The notes below the pieces were generated by a model. It was not told the DNA's origin, made no database searches, and worked only from the letters and a program-made list of their open reading frames with translations. From Planctomycetota bacterium (GTDB lineage Bacteria; Planctomycetota; B15-G4; SIAN01), in the NCBI GenBank assembly GCA_031409275.1, contig JANNXA010000018.1, forward strand, positions 32,001 through 96,000: a DNA stretch of 64,000 nucleotides, given 5' to 3'. Position 1 is the stretch's first letter, and each line of letters opens with the position of its first letter. This document shows, in pieces, positions 51,780-60,400 of the stretch. The position numbers were made by a program, and so were the translations under genes.

Positions 51780-52630
51780 GGCTGCCGTCGCTGCGCGATC
51801 TGGTGATGCTGACCAAGCCGCGCATCGTCGTCGCCGGTGCGATGGCAGCGCTGGCTGGGTACCTGGCGCCGCGGGATCACGTGCAGATCGGACCGCTGCT
51901 CGAAGCGCTCGCGGCGATCGGCGGCATCACGGCCGCCGCCGGAATCCTCAATCAGGTGCTCGAGCGCGATGTCGACGCCCTCATGCCGCGCACCGCGGGC
52001 CGCCCGCTTCCTGCGGGACGAGTCGACGTTTCGTTCGCGATCCTGCTCGGGTGCCTCCTCGCGGCGGCGAGCCTCGCGCTGACGGCGTGGCGCATCAACG
52101 GCCTCACCGCGGCGCTCATGCTGTTCGCCTTCGTCTCGTACCTCTTCGTCTACACGCCGCTCAAGCGCCACACGACGCTCAACACCTTCGTCGGCGCGGT
52201 GCCCGGCGCGCTGCCGCCGGTGCTCGGATGGGCCGCCGCGTGCAACGACCTCGGTCGCGGCGCCTACGCGCTGTTCGCGATCCTCTTCCTCTGGCAGTTG
52301 CCGCACTTCCTCGCCATCGCATGGCTCTATCGGCGCGACTACGAGCTCGGCGGATTGAAGATGCTCCCGGCGCGCGATCCCGATGGGGAACTGGTGTCGC
52401 GCCAGATGTGCATGCACGCCGTGTCGCTGTGCCTCGCGGCGATGCTGCCGTTCATCTTCCGCATGGCGGGGCCGGTTTACCTCGTCGGCTCCTTGCTGCT
52501 TGGCATCAGCTTCGCGGTTCCGGCGTTCCGCTTCTGGCGCGTACGCAGCGACGTGCGCGCGCGCCAGGTGATGCGCGCCTCGTTGATCTACCTGCCCGGC
52601 ATCCTCTTCCTTCTGGCGCTCAAGGCATGA
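51776..52630 (+). CDS. ctaB: Protoheme IX farnesyltransferase (heme O synthase)
   Basis: LTKPRI, NQVLERDVDALMPRT..RPLP, YTPLKR, WQLPHF. Confidence 0.95.
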   Translation: MRLPSLRDLVMLTKPRIVVAGAMAALAGYLAPRDHVQIGPLLEALAAIGGITAAAGILNQVLERDVDALMPRTAGRPLPAGRVDVSFAILLGCLLAAASLALTAWRINGLTAALMLFAFVSYLFVYTPLKRHTTLNTFVGAVPGALPPVLGWAAACNDLGRGAYALFAILFLWQLPHFLAIAWLYRRDYELGGLKMLPARDPDGELVSRQMCMHAVSLCLAAMLPFIFRMAGPVYLVGSLLLGISFAVPAFRFWRVRSDVRARQVMRASLIYLPGILFLLALKA

Positions 52631-52953
52631 ACACCTCCGCCCGCGAGGAAAGCCGCGCCCCCGCGCGAACTCCACCGATCGAGCCGCCGATGGACGCGAG
52701 CCTCGACGAAGCGGTGCGCCGACGGCGACTGCGCCGCTTCGGCCTCGCGCTTGCGGCCGTCGTCGTGCTGCTCGTGCTCTTCGCGGTCGGCTACGTCAAG
52801 TTGTTCGACCGCGTGCTCGCCGATCCGTCGCGCCCGCCGACCGCCACCGCCGCACCCAATCCACGCGTCCTCACCTTCGAGTTGCTGCTCGCCGCGGCGA
52901 TCGCGGTCGGTGCCACGACGTGGTGGGTGCGCCGCCAAAGGCGAACGCCATGA
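52627..52953 (+). CDS. Small two-TM hypothetical protein
   Basis: ATGA overlaps with both ctaB and the SCO gene; two hydrophobic helices. Confidence 0.7.
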   Translation: MNTSAREESRAPARTPPIEPPMDASLDEAVRRRRLRRFGLALAAVVVLLVLFAVGYVKLFDRVLADPSRPPTATAAPNPRVLTFELLLAAAIAVGATTWWVRRQRRTP

Positions 52954-53681
52954 CCGAACCGACCGATCCCGCGCCCCCCTCGAAGTCGACGGCGGCCGCA
53001 CCGGCGCGGCCGGGCTCCTTCGCGCCGATCGCCCTCGGCATCGCGCTCATGCTTCTGATCGCGGTCGTCATCCAGCGCATGCAGCGCGGTGGCGAGCCCG
53101 TCGGAAGCGGCGCGCAGGACGTGACCGCCAAGGGCGCGAAGCTCGCGGTGTGGGGGCCGATGCCCACGCTCGAACTCGTCGACTCGTCGGGTCGTCCCTT
53201 CGCGCTGGCGGGCCAGAAGGGGCGCGTCACGGTCGTGAACTTCTTCTTCACCGGCTGCCCGGGTCCGTGCGTCGACCTCACGCAGAAGGTGCGCACGTTG
53301 ATGTCGAGCTTCCGCGCGCAGCCCGACGTCGACTTCGTCAGCATCAGCGTCGATCCCGAAGCGGACACGCCGGACCAGCTCACCACGTTCGCGCGGGTGC
53401 AAGGCGGCGAGTTCCCGCGCTGGCATTGGTTGACGGGGACGAAGGAGCAGATCACCGCGGTCTGCCTCGGCTTCTTCGCGCCGTTCGGCGACAAGGACGA
53501 TGCGGGCGACATCGTCCACTCGACCAAGCTCTACGTGGTCGATCGCGAAGGGCGCATCCGCTCGATGGTCAACACCCAGATCGATCCCGATTGGCTCGGC
53601 TCGGCTGCGCACGCCATCCGGCTGCTGATCGCCGGCGACGCAGGCGCGGCGGATGCCGAGCTGCCGTCGAAGTCGCCCTGA
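52950..53681 (+). CDS. SCO1/SenC copper chaperone
   Basis: TM helix, FFFTGCPGPC (CxxxC), SISVDPEADTP, IVHS, VDREGRIR. Confidence 0.93.
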   Translation: MTEPTDPAPPSKSTAAAPARPGSFAPIALGIALMLLIAVVIQRMQRGGEPVGSGAQDVTAKGAKLAVWGPMPTLELVDSSGRPFALAGQKGRVTVVNFFFTGCPGPCVDLTQKVRTLMSSFRAQPDVDFVSISVDPEADTPDQLTTFARVQGGEFPRWHWLTGTKEQITAVCLGFFAPFGDKDDAGDIVHSTKLYVVDREGRIRSMVNTQIDPDWLGSAAHAIRLLIAGDAGAADAELPSKSP

Positions 53682-53694
53682 GATCCACGCCCCG

Positions 53695-54144
53695 ATGTTG
53701 TTGCTCGCCTTCCATCTGCCGACGCTGAACGCCTGCCTCAACGCGCTGGCCGCGGTGCTGCTGACCTGCGGCTACATCGCCATTCGCCGCCGCGCGATCG
53801 AGGTGCACAAGCGTTGCATGCTGGCCGCGTTCGCGACCTCGACCGTCTTCCTGGTCTGCTACCTGATCCACAAGGCGACTGCCGGTCACACGTCGTTTCC
53901 AGGCAGCGGCGGCGCGAAGAAGATCTACCTCACGATCCTGCTGACTCACACCGTGCTTGCGGCGAGCGTGGTTCCGCTGGCGCTGTTGACGATTCGCGCG
54001 GCGCTCACGAAGCGCTTCGAGCGCCACAAGAAGCTGGCGCGCGTCACCTTTCCGATCTGGCTCTACGTCTCGGTGACCGGGGTCGTGATCTGGTGGTTCC
54101 TCTACTCGGGCACGTTCGATCCAGCCGTGACGACGCCGCGCTGA
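53695..54144 (+). CDS. DUF420 family (CtaM-like) oxidase assembly membrane protein
   Basis: LPTLNACLN, HKRCM, FLVCYL, HKKLARVTFPIWLYVSVTG. Confidence 0.9.
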   Translation: MLLLAFHLPTLNACLNALAAVLLTCGYIAIRRRAIEVHKRCMLAAFATSTVFLVCYLIHKATAGHTSFPGSGGAKKIYLTILLTHTVLAASVVPLALLTIRAALTKRFERHKKLARVTFPIWLYVSVTGVVIWWFLYSGTFDPAVTTPR

Positions 54145-54212
54145 CGGCTCGCGATGGACCCGACGCTTCGGCTTCGCGGCGGCTCGATCGACCGGCTGCT
54201 ATGGTGGCGCCC

Positions 54213-54530
54213 ATGACGTCGTCCGCGAAGCCATCGCTGCGGTCCATCGCGCATCGCGCCGCCGCGTGGTGCCGGTTCGCGCTGCTCGCGGCGTTGCTGC
54301 TCGGCGGTCCGCTGCCGCGGGCGGCGGCGCAATGTTCGATGTGAAAAGCTTCGGCCTACGATCAGGTGGATCGTGCCCAAAGTGATCGGCTCGGCTCGGC
54401 GTTCAACCTCAGCGTCTACTGGATGCTGGCGGTGCCAGGCCTGATGATCGCCGGATTGGCGACCTTGATCGCGGTGAACGTGCGCGCCCGCGTGCGCCTC
54501 GAAGCGCAGTCGACGCACGACCGCCAATGA
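54213..54530 (+). CDS. Candidate selenoprotein: exported, membrane-anchored 105-aa protein with CxxU motif (in-frame TGA at 54342-54344)
   Basis: MTSSAK...FALLAALLLGGPLPRAAA-QCSM-U-KASAYDQVDRAQSDRLGSAFNLSVYWMLAVPGLMIAGLATLIAVNVRARVRLEAQSTHDRQ*. The frame stays open for 61 codons after the TGA and ends in an ATGA overlap with dapF; a SECIS-like hairpin follows the TGA. Confidence 0.8.
54348..54383 (+). promoter_or_regulatory. Putative bacterial SECIS element
   Basis: GCTT-c-GGC-ct-ACGATC-[AGGTG]-GATCGT-GCC-ca-AAGT; the apical loop AGGU starts 20 nt after the UGA. Confidence 0.75.
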
Positions 54531-55375
54531 GCTCGCTGCCGTTCGTCAAGCTGCATGGCTGCGCCAACGACTACGTCCTGATCGATGGCGACGTGGTCGC
54601 GTCCGCGGAACTCGGCGCGTTCGCGCGCGCGGCGTGTGATCGGCGCCGCAGCGTCGGAGCCGATGGCGTGCTGGTGGTGCTGCCGTCGCCGGTGCCGGGC
54701 GCGTCGGCGCGCATGGCGATGATCAACCCCGACGGCAGCGAAGCGGAGATGTGCGGCAACGGGCTGCGCTGCCTCGGCAAGTTCCTCTTCGATCGCGGGC
54801 GGGTCGCGCGCGAGTTCGCCGTGGAAACTCGTGCCGGAGTCGTGCCGATGGTGGTCGAGGAGGTCGATGGCGCGGGCCACGCGACCCTTCTCACCGCGAC
54901 GATCGGCGTGCCCGACTTCCGCCGCTCTGCGGTTCCGATGGCGGGTCCACCGGAAACTCCCGCGCTCGACGAATCGTTCGCGCTGGCGGGCCGCACGCTG
55001 CGGCTCACGGCGCTGCGTCTGGGCAATCCCCATGCGGTGGTCTTCGTCGACGACGTGTTGCACTACCCGGTGCATTCGGTCGGGCCCGCGCTCGAGCACG
55101 ACCCGCGCTTCCCGGCGCGGATCAACGTCGAGTTCGTCGAGGTCGTCGCGCCCGACCGACTGCGCCAGCGGACCTGGGAGCGCGGCGCCGGCGAGACGCT
55201 CGCTTGCGGCAGCGGCGCGACCGCGGCGGCCATCGCCGCGCGGAAGGTCCGCGGCTTCCCGGCGGTCGTGCGGGTGGAACTGCAAGGCGGGGAACTCACC
55301 GTGCGATGGGGCGGGGCGGGCGAGCCGGCCCATCTGACGGGCCCGGCGATCGAGTCCTTCCGCGGCACGCTCTGA
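54527..55375 (+). CDS. dapF: Diaminopimelate epimerase
   Basis: FVKLHG.AND, EMCGNGLRC, GNPHAV, NVEF, ERGAGETLACGSG. Confidence 0.96.
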   Translation: MSSLPFVKLHGCANDYVLIDGDVVASAELGAFARAACDRRRSVGADGVLVVLPSPVPGASARMAMINPDGSEAEMCGNGLRCLGKFLFDRGRVAREFAVETRAGVVPMVVEEVDGAGHATLLTATIGVPDFRRSAVPMAGPPETPALDESFALAGRTLRLTALRLGNPHAVVFVDDVLHYPVHSVGPALEHDPRFPARINVEFVEVVAPDRLRQRTWERGAGETLACGSGATAAAIAARKVRGFPAVVRVELQGGELTVRWGGAGEPAHLTGPAIESFRGTL

Positions 55376-55454
55376 GCTCGTGGCCGTTGCGCCATCCCCG
55401 GCACGATCGGCCGCGGGCTCCTATACTCCCGCGCCGTTCGTTGGGAGGTGTGAT

Positions 55455-56429
55455 GTGAAGCGGTCGAGAGGTGGTGGTTTCGGCGGCGCCGGCGGCACTG
55501 GCGGTGGCGGCGCGGCGAGCGGCGGCACTGGGGCGGCGGCGGCGCGGGCGCTCGAGCCATCGTTGGCGGCGAATCCCGCCGAGAGCGACGGTTGGTTCAG
55601 CGTGAGTCGCGCCGCGCAGTTGCTGTCGATGCCGCTGCCGCGGATCTTCGACGCGATTCGCGACGGCAAGTTGCAGGTCCGATTCGAGCCGGGCAAGCCC
55701 GGTGAATCGGACAAGCCGCAAGTCACGTCGCCGGAGCTGCGCCAGAAGGCGGCACTGCCCGACCTGAGCGCGACCCCAACTCCGACTTCCGCTGCGAGTT
55801 CGCCGAATGCGGCGAACGCGCCGAACGCGCCGAGTGCGGCCACGTCCCGCGCGCTGTCCGCGGCGCCCTCGATGCCCTCGCCGCCGCCGACCGAAGCGCT
55901 GCTCGAGGAGTCGCGCCGCGCGGTCACTCGCCTTGAAGCGGAGGCGAAGGAGTCGCGTGCGACCTTCGAGGCGCTCGAAGCGCAGGTCGACGCCGCACTG
56001 AAGGCGGTCTACGAACGCGACGTTCGCATCGCTCGACTCGAATCCGAGGTCGCCACCAACGTGAAGCTGCGCGAAGGCGCGGACGGCTTCATCCGTCACC
56101 TCGAATCGCGGCTCGACAAGAACGAGGAGCGCTCCGAGGAGAAGGAGAAGGAGATCCGCCGCCTGGCCGTCGGGCTCGGCGAGGCACGCGGCGAGATCCG
56201 TCTGCTGAAGCCGCCCGACGCGCCGCCTCCGTCCGCGTGGCGTCGCCACGGCCGCGACGCGCTCGTCTTCCTCGTGGCGGTGGCGGTCGGCGGCGTCGTC
56301 GGCTACTTCGCGTACAAGTTGTCGAACAGCAAGCTGACGCTCGAAGCGAGCGTTGCGGCAGGCGCGGGAGCGTTGGCTTCATGGATCGCCGCGACGTTGG
56401 TCGAACGGTTGCGCCGAGCGAAGGGGTGA
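55455..56429 (+). CDS. Hypothetical protein: HTH-like segment, coiled coil and two C-terminal TM helices
   Basis: GTG after GGAGG; FSVSRAAQLL...IFDAIRDGKL (excisionase/MerR-like HTH pattern); heptad-rich region; hydrophobic C-terminus. Confidence 0.7.
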   Translation: MKRSRGGGFGGAGGTGGGGAASGGTGAAAARALEPSLAANPAESDGWFSVSRAAQLLSMPLPRIFDAIRDGKLQVRFEPGKPGESDKPQVTSPELRQKAALPDLSATPTPTSAASSPNAANAPNAPSAATSRALSAAPSMPSPPPTEALLEESRRAVTRLEAEAKESRATFEALEAQVDAALKAVYERDVRIARLESEVATNVKLREGADGFIRHLESRLDKNEERSEEKEKEIRRLAVGLGEARGEIRLLKPPDAPPPSAWRRHGRDALVFLVAVAVGGVVGYFAYKLSNSKLTLEASVAAGAGALASWIAATLVERLRRAKG

Positions 56430-57310
56430 CACCCGCGTCGTACCGCGCCCAACGATCGCGGTCCGCGAGGTTCGCTGCCACGGTGCTGGGCGCGGCCCTG
56501 CTCGGATCGGTTTCGAGTTGCGGTGATTCGCCGGCGCCGTCCAAGTGGGATGGCGCCCGTCCGATGAGCTTCGCCTCGCTCGAACGAGGCGAGGCACTCT
56601 CGCTCGTCGAGGTCGAGTCGCTCGTCGCGCGTCTGGTGGAAGTGGCCGGCGGCGTCGCCCGGTGGCGTTCGCGGCACTACCGACGGATCGAGGATCTCTA
56701 TCTCCTGCGTACCGGGAGCCAGCTCGGCAATCAGGTGCTCGCGACGACCTGGGTGCGTCCGGACGAGTCGGTCCGGGTTCAGCTCGACTATCGCGGCGGG
56801 GACCGCGAAGTGCGCGTGATGCTGCGCCGCGAGGAGTACGTGCACCCACAGCTCGGGTCGCTGGCGCTGGCGACCGGCGGCACGCAGCAGCACGTCGAGT
56901 GGGATTGGGAGCTGGCGCGACTGCCGGTCAACCTGCTCGAAGCCGAGGAGTTGCGACCGCTGCGTCCGGAAGGCACCGGGAGCGAGCGTCGGATCGGCAT
57001 CGCGGTGAAGCTGCGCGGCCTGAACCCGCCGTTCGAGGTGTGGATCGACCCTTCGGGGCCGGTCATCGAAGAGGTGCGGACCAAGCTGCCGGTGACGGCC
57101 GACCTCTCGTTCAAGACACTCGCCGACCACGCCCAGCGCTTCTCCGACTGGCGACGCGTCGATGGCGTGCTGCTGCCGTTCAAGCGCGAGATCTTCGCGG
57201 ACGGCCGGCGCATCGGGCTGGCCGAGTGCCGTGGCTACGACTTCGATGTCGAAGTCACCGACGCGATCCTCCTTCCCGAGCCACCGGCGCCGCCCGATCC
57301 GCCGAAGTGA
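56426..57310 (+). CDS. Hypothetical lipoprotein
   Basis: GTGA overlap with the upstream gene; hydrophobic stretch followed by VSSC lipobox; FSDWRRVDGVLLPF motif. Confidence 0.7.
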   Translation: MTPASYRAQRSRSARFAATVLGAALLGSVSSCGDSPAPSKWDGARPMSFASLERGEALSLVEVESLVARLVEVAGGVARWRSRHYRRIEDLYLLRTGSQLGNQVLATTWVRPDESVRVQLDYRGGDREVRVMLRREEYVHPQLGSLALATGGTQQHVEWDWELARLPVNLLEAEELRPLRPEGTGSERRIGIAVKLRGLNPPFEVWIDPSGPVIEEVRTKLPVTADLSFKTLADHAQRFSDWRRVDGVLLPFKREIFADGRRIGLAECRGYDFDVEVTDAILLPEPPAPPDPPK

Positions 57311-57365
57311 GGTGAGCCGCGGATCGCGGCCTGCGATGCGCGGCGCTTCGCGGTCGGAACGAAGC

Positions 57366-57401
57366 GGCGCGCGCCCAGGGGATCGGCCCCGGGCGCGCGC
57401 C
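57366..57401. terminator. GC-rich hairpin between convergent genes
   Basis: GGCGCGCGCCC-a-GGGG-atcgg-CCCC-GGGCGCGCGCC. Confidence 0.55.
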
Positions 57402-57418
57402 GAAGTTCGAGCGTTCGG

Positions 57419-60400
57419 TCAGCGCGGTGTCGTGCCGGAGACCGCGTTGGTCATCGCAAAGCCGTCAGCGGCGCCCGGATCGAGCACGAGCGCCTGGAGG
57501 AAGAAGCTCTCGCCGCCCGGGATGTCATCGCTGATGCAGTCGGAGTAGCTGAGTGTGCCGTTGCCGTCCGTGAACAGACCCGAGAGAACGATGTCGGGTG
57601 CCGGCACCAGCACGCCGCCGACGAACGGCAGACAGGTCGGCGTCAGTCCGACGACGAGCCACGCCGGCGCATTCGCCAACGCGCCGGTGACGTCGGCGGT
57701 GATCAACGTGAGCGGTCGCATGTCGCCGGTCATGGTCAACACCGGCGCACCATTGGTCCCGGCCAGTGCATGGCCGAGGTCGGCCCACGCGCCGGTCGGC
57801 TCGCTGCGGAAGCGAACCGTGCAATAGAGCTGCGTCGGGTCGACGCTGGCGGCGGTGATCGCCGCGCCGTCGCAAGGGGACGCGTCCTGGAACGAGAGGC
57901 CGCCCGTCGTGACGAGCGGTCCGTCGACGAGCGGGCCACTGATGGCCGTCGCGCGCAGCTTGGAGACTCGCACCGCGAGGCGATAGAGCCGACCCGGAGC
58001 GAGCGTCGCATCGATCGTGTGGTAGTTGCGATCGTTGCGGACGCGAACTCCGTAGCTGCGCAGCCCGCCCTCCGCCAGCACCGGGTTCAGCGGGTCGGTC
58101 ACGTCCCAGACGAAGACGTTCCCGAAGACGCCGCTGCAGTTGACGGCCGGAGCGAGCTGACCGTCGATCACGAGCTCTTCGAGGCGTTCTGCGGTGGCGG
58201 CGCCAGTCGTGTCGATCTCCATGCCGACGAACCAGTTGCTGGCGGGAGATGGACTCGGAGCGGGTAGCGGCGTGTCGATGCCGGCCAGCACGAGGCCGCC
58301 GTTCACCGTGGTCAGCGGCTCGATCGGCGCGCCGGGCACGAAGTCGCAGCCGTCGATCCGCACGCGCCCGCTGCGGAAGACGACGATTTCGCGATCCTGC
58401 AGTTGCGCGAGGTCGAGATCTCCGAGCACCGGGTTCACGTGGCGATCGACACGCATGGTCTTCTGCGCGGCGTTGCCTTTGAAGTCGACGATCACGCGGA
58501 AGTGGACGTCCTTGGAGGGATCGGGGTCGGGGTCGACCGGCAACGCGAAATGGAGCACGTACTCGTTCTGGTTCAGGTAGCCGGCCGAGGTCGAGACGAC
58601 CTTGGTGCGGCGGTTGGTGTCGGTCGGGTGGTCGAACGGGACGATCGTGACCTGCGCGCCGAACTCCGATTCGAGCCCGTCATCGAAGCGATCGGAGTCG
58701 CGCATGACGCGCACGCGCACGTGACGCTTCTGATCGGCGGGGGTGTTGGCGTCGTAGGTGTAGTTCTCGTACAGGCGTCCCTTCTCGCCCCAGTTGCCCA
58801 GCGCCGAGTCGAGGTCGCCGTCCTTGTCGAAGTCGCCCCAGGCCGGCGTGGCGTCCGTCACGTGGCCGGCCGGGATGCTGTGGGTGGCGACCGTGAAGTG
58901 GCGATCGCCGCCGGTCTCCTGGAACTGGTTGCGGCGGAACACTTCGCTGCTGGTCACGTCGACGTCGCCGTCGTTGTCCCAGTCCTCGAAGGAGAGGCCG
59001 AGGCACAGGCCGGTGTTGAACGAGTCGAAGAGGCTCTTGTTCTGGACCTTGAAGGTGCCGTCACCGAGGCTCTCGAACATGCGCACGCCCTTGGTGCTGT
59101 CGCAGAAGGCGAGGCAGAGGTCCATGTCCCCGTCCATGTCGTAGTCGAGGAAGCCGCCGCCCTCGTCGAGGATGTCGCTGAAGACCACTCCGGAGCCGTT
59201 CTCGGTCATCGCCTCGAAGAGCGGATTGCCGAGCGTCGAGAGGTTCCGGTAGATCGTGTTGTTCGAGTAGAGGTCGAGGTCGCCATCGAGGTCGACGTCG
59301 ACCCACTCGGCCCCCTCGGGTCGGTTCACCGGTAGCGGCGGGTTGTCGAGGCCGGCCTGCGCCGAGAGTTCACGGAAGGTGTAGACGCCGTTGGCGTCGG
59401 GCCCGTCGTTGTAGAGGAAGAAGTTCCCCGGCCCGCCGATCCACGACGGATAGACCGGGAAGAACCAGTCGAGGTTGGCGTCGCCGTCGATGTCAGCGAC
59501 CGAGTTCGTCTCGCAAGGCGCGATGGGGCGCACGTCGACGCGGTTGGGGTTGCCGCTGATCTCCTCGAAGACGTCGCCACCGAGCGCATGGAGGAAGTAG
59601 GCACCGCCGACGCGCGGCTCGTCGCAGATGTCGAGCAGCTGGTCGTTGTCGTAGTCCGCCATCGCGCAGCCGTAGCGCGTGCCCTTGCCCATGTAGACCG
59701 ACAAGTCGATCTGCTTGACCCAGTCGGCACCCGCGAGGTTCCGCCAGAGCGCCTCGCCATCGGCATTCACCACGTCGATCCAACCGTCGTGGTCGTAGTC
59801 GCCGAAGCTGATGCCGAAGGTGGCGCCGAAGATCAGCCCGGAGGAGAACGAGCCGCCCTTCCAGAGCTGCAGCGGCACGTCATCGGCCGCCGGTCCGAAC
59901 CGTGAACTCGTCGAGTAGCTCGTCGAGTGAAGCGCCAGCACGGCGCCTTGCGACTTGCCGACGAGGATGTTGTTGGGCATCCACGCCATGCGCCAGACGT
60001 CGTCGGGACCGGGCGGCAAAGCGGGCGCCCACTCCTCCGGGAAGGTCCCGCCGACCATCGCGTCATCGCGCCATTCGCGCGAGTAGACGACGTTGGTGAT
60101 CGGCGAACGTCCGGTGTTGCGCAAGGTCACGCCGATCACCAATGCTCCGGTGAACGGGCAGAAGGAGAAGGTGTGCTCGATCTCGAGCGCGCCGACCTTG
60201 CTGACCGTCACGGCGCCGCTCGCCGTGAAGCTGCTCGAGACGGGAGTCACCGGCGTCCGCCGGGCGTAGTCGGCGTTCGGTCCCGCGCCGACGGCGCTCA
60301 CATGTCCGCCGAGCGTGTCGAACGACAATCCGAACCACTCGGCCGTTCCTGGCGAGAACTCGATCTGCGGCCCATAGGTGGTGCAGAGTCCTTCGGCGGG

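Noticed and set aside
53814..54344. 176-aa track ORF ending ...AAAQCSM*
   Set aside because: Its first ~130 aa overlap DUF420 out of frame; only the part from 54213 (or 54201) looks real, and its stop is better read as a recoded UGA.
54342..54344. Genome-wide UGA reassignment (Trp/Gly) or a simple pseudogene as explanation for the in-frame TGA
   Set aside because: TGA is the normal stop of most genes here, with many ATGA overlaps. A random nonsense change would not be expected to coincide with a CxxC position and a SECIS-like hairpin. Not fully excluded without reads and sel genes.
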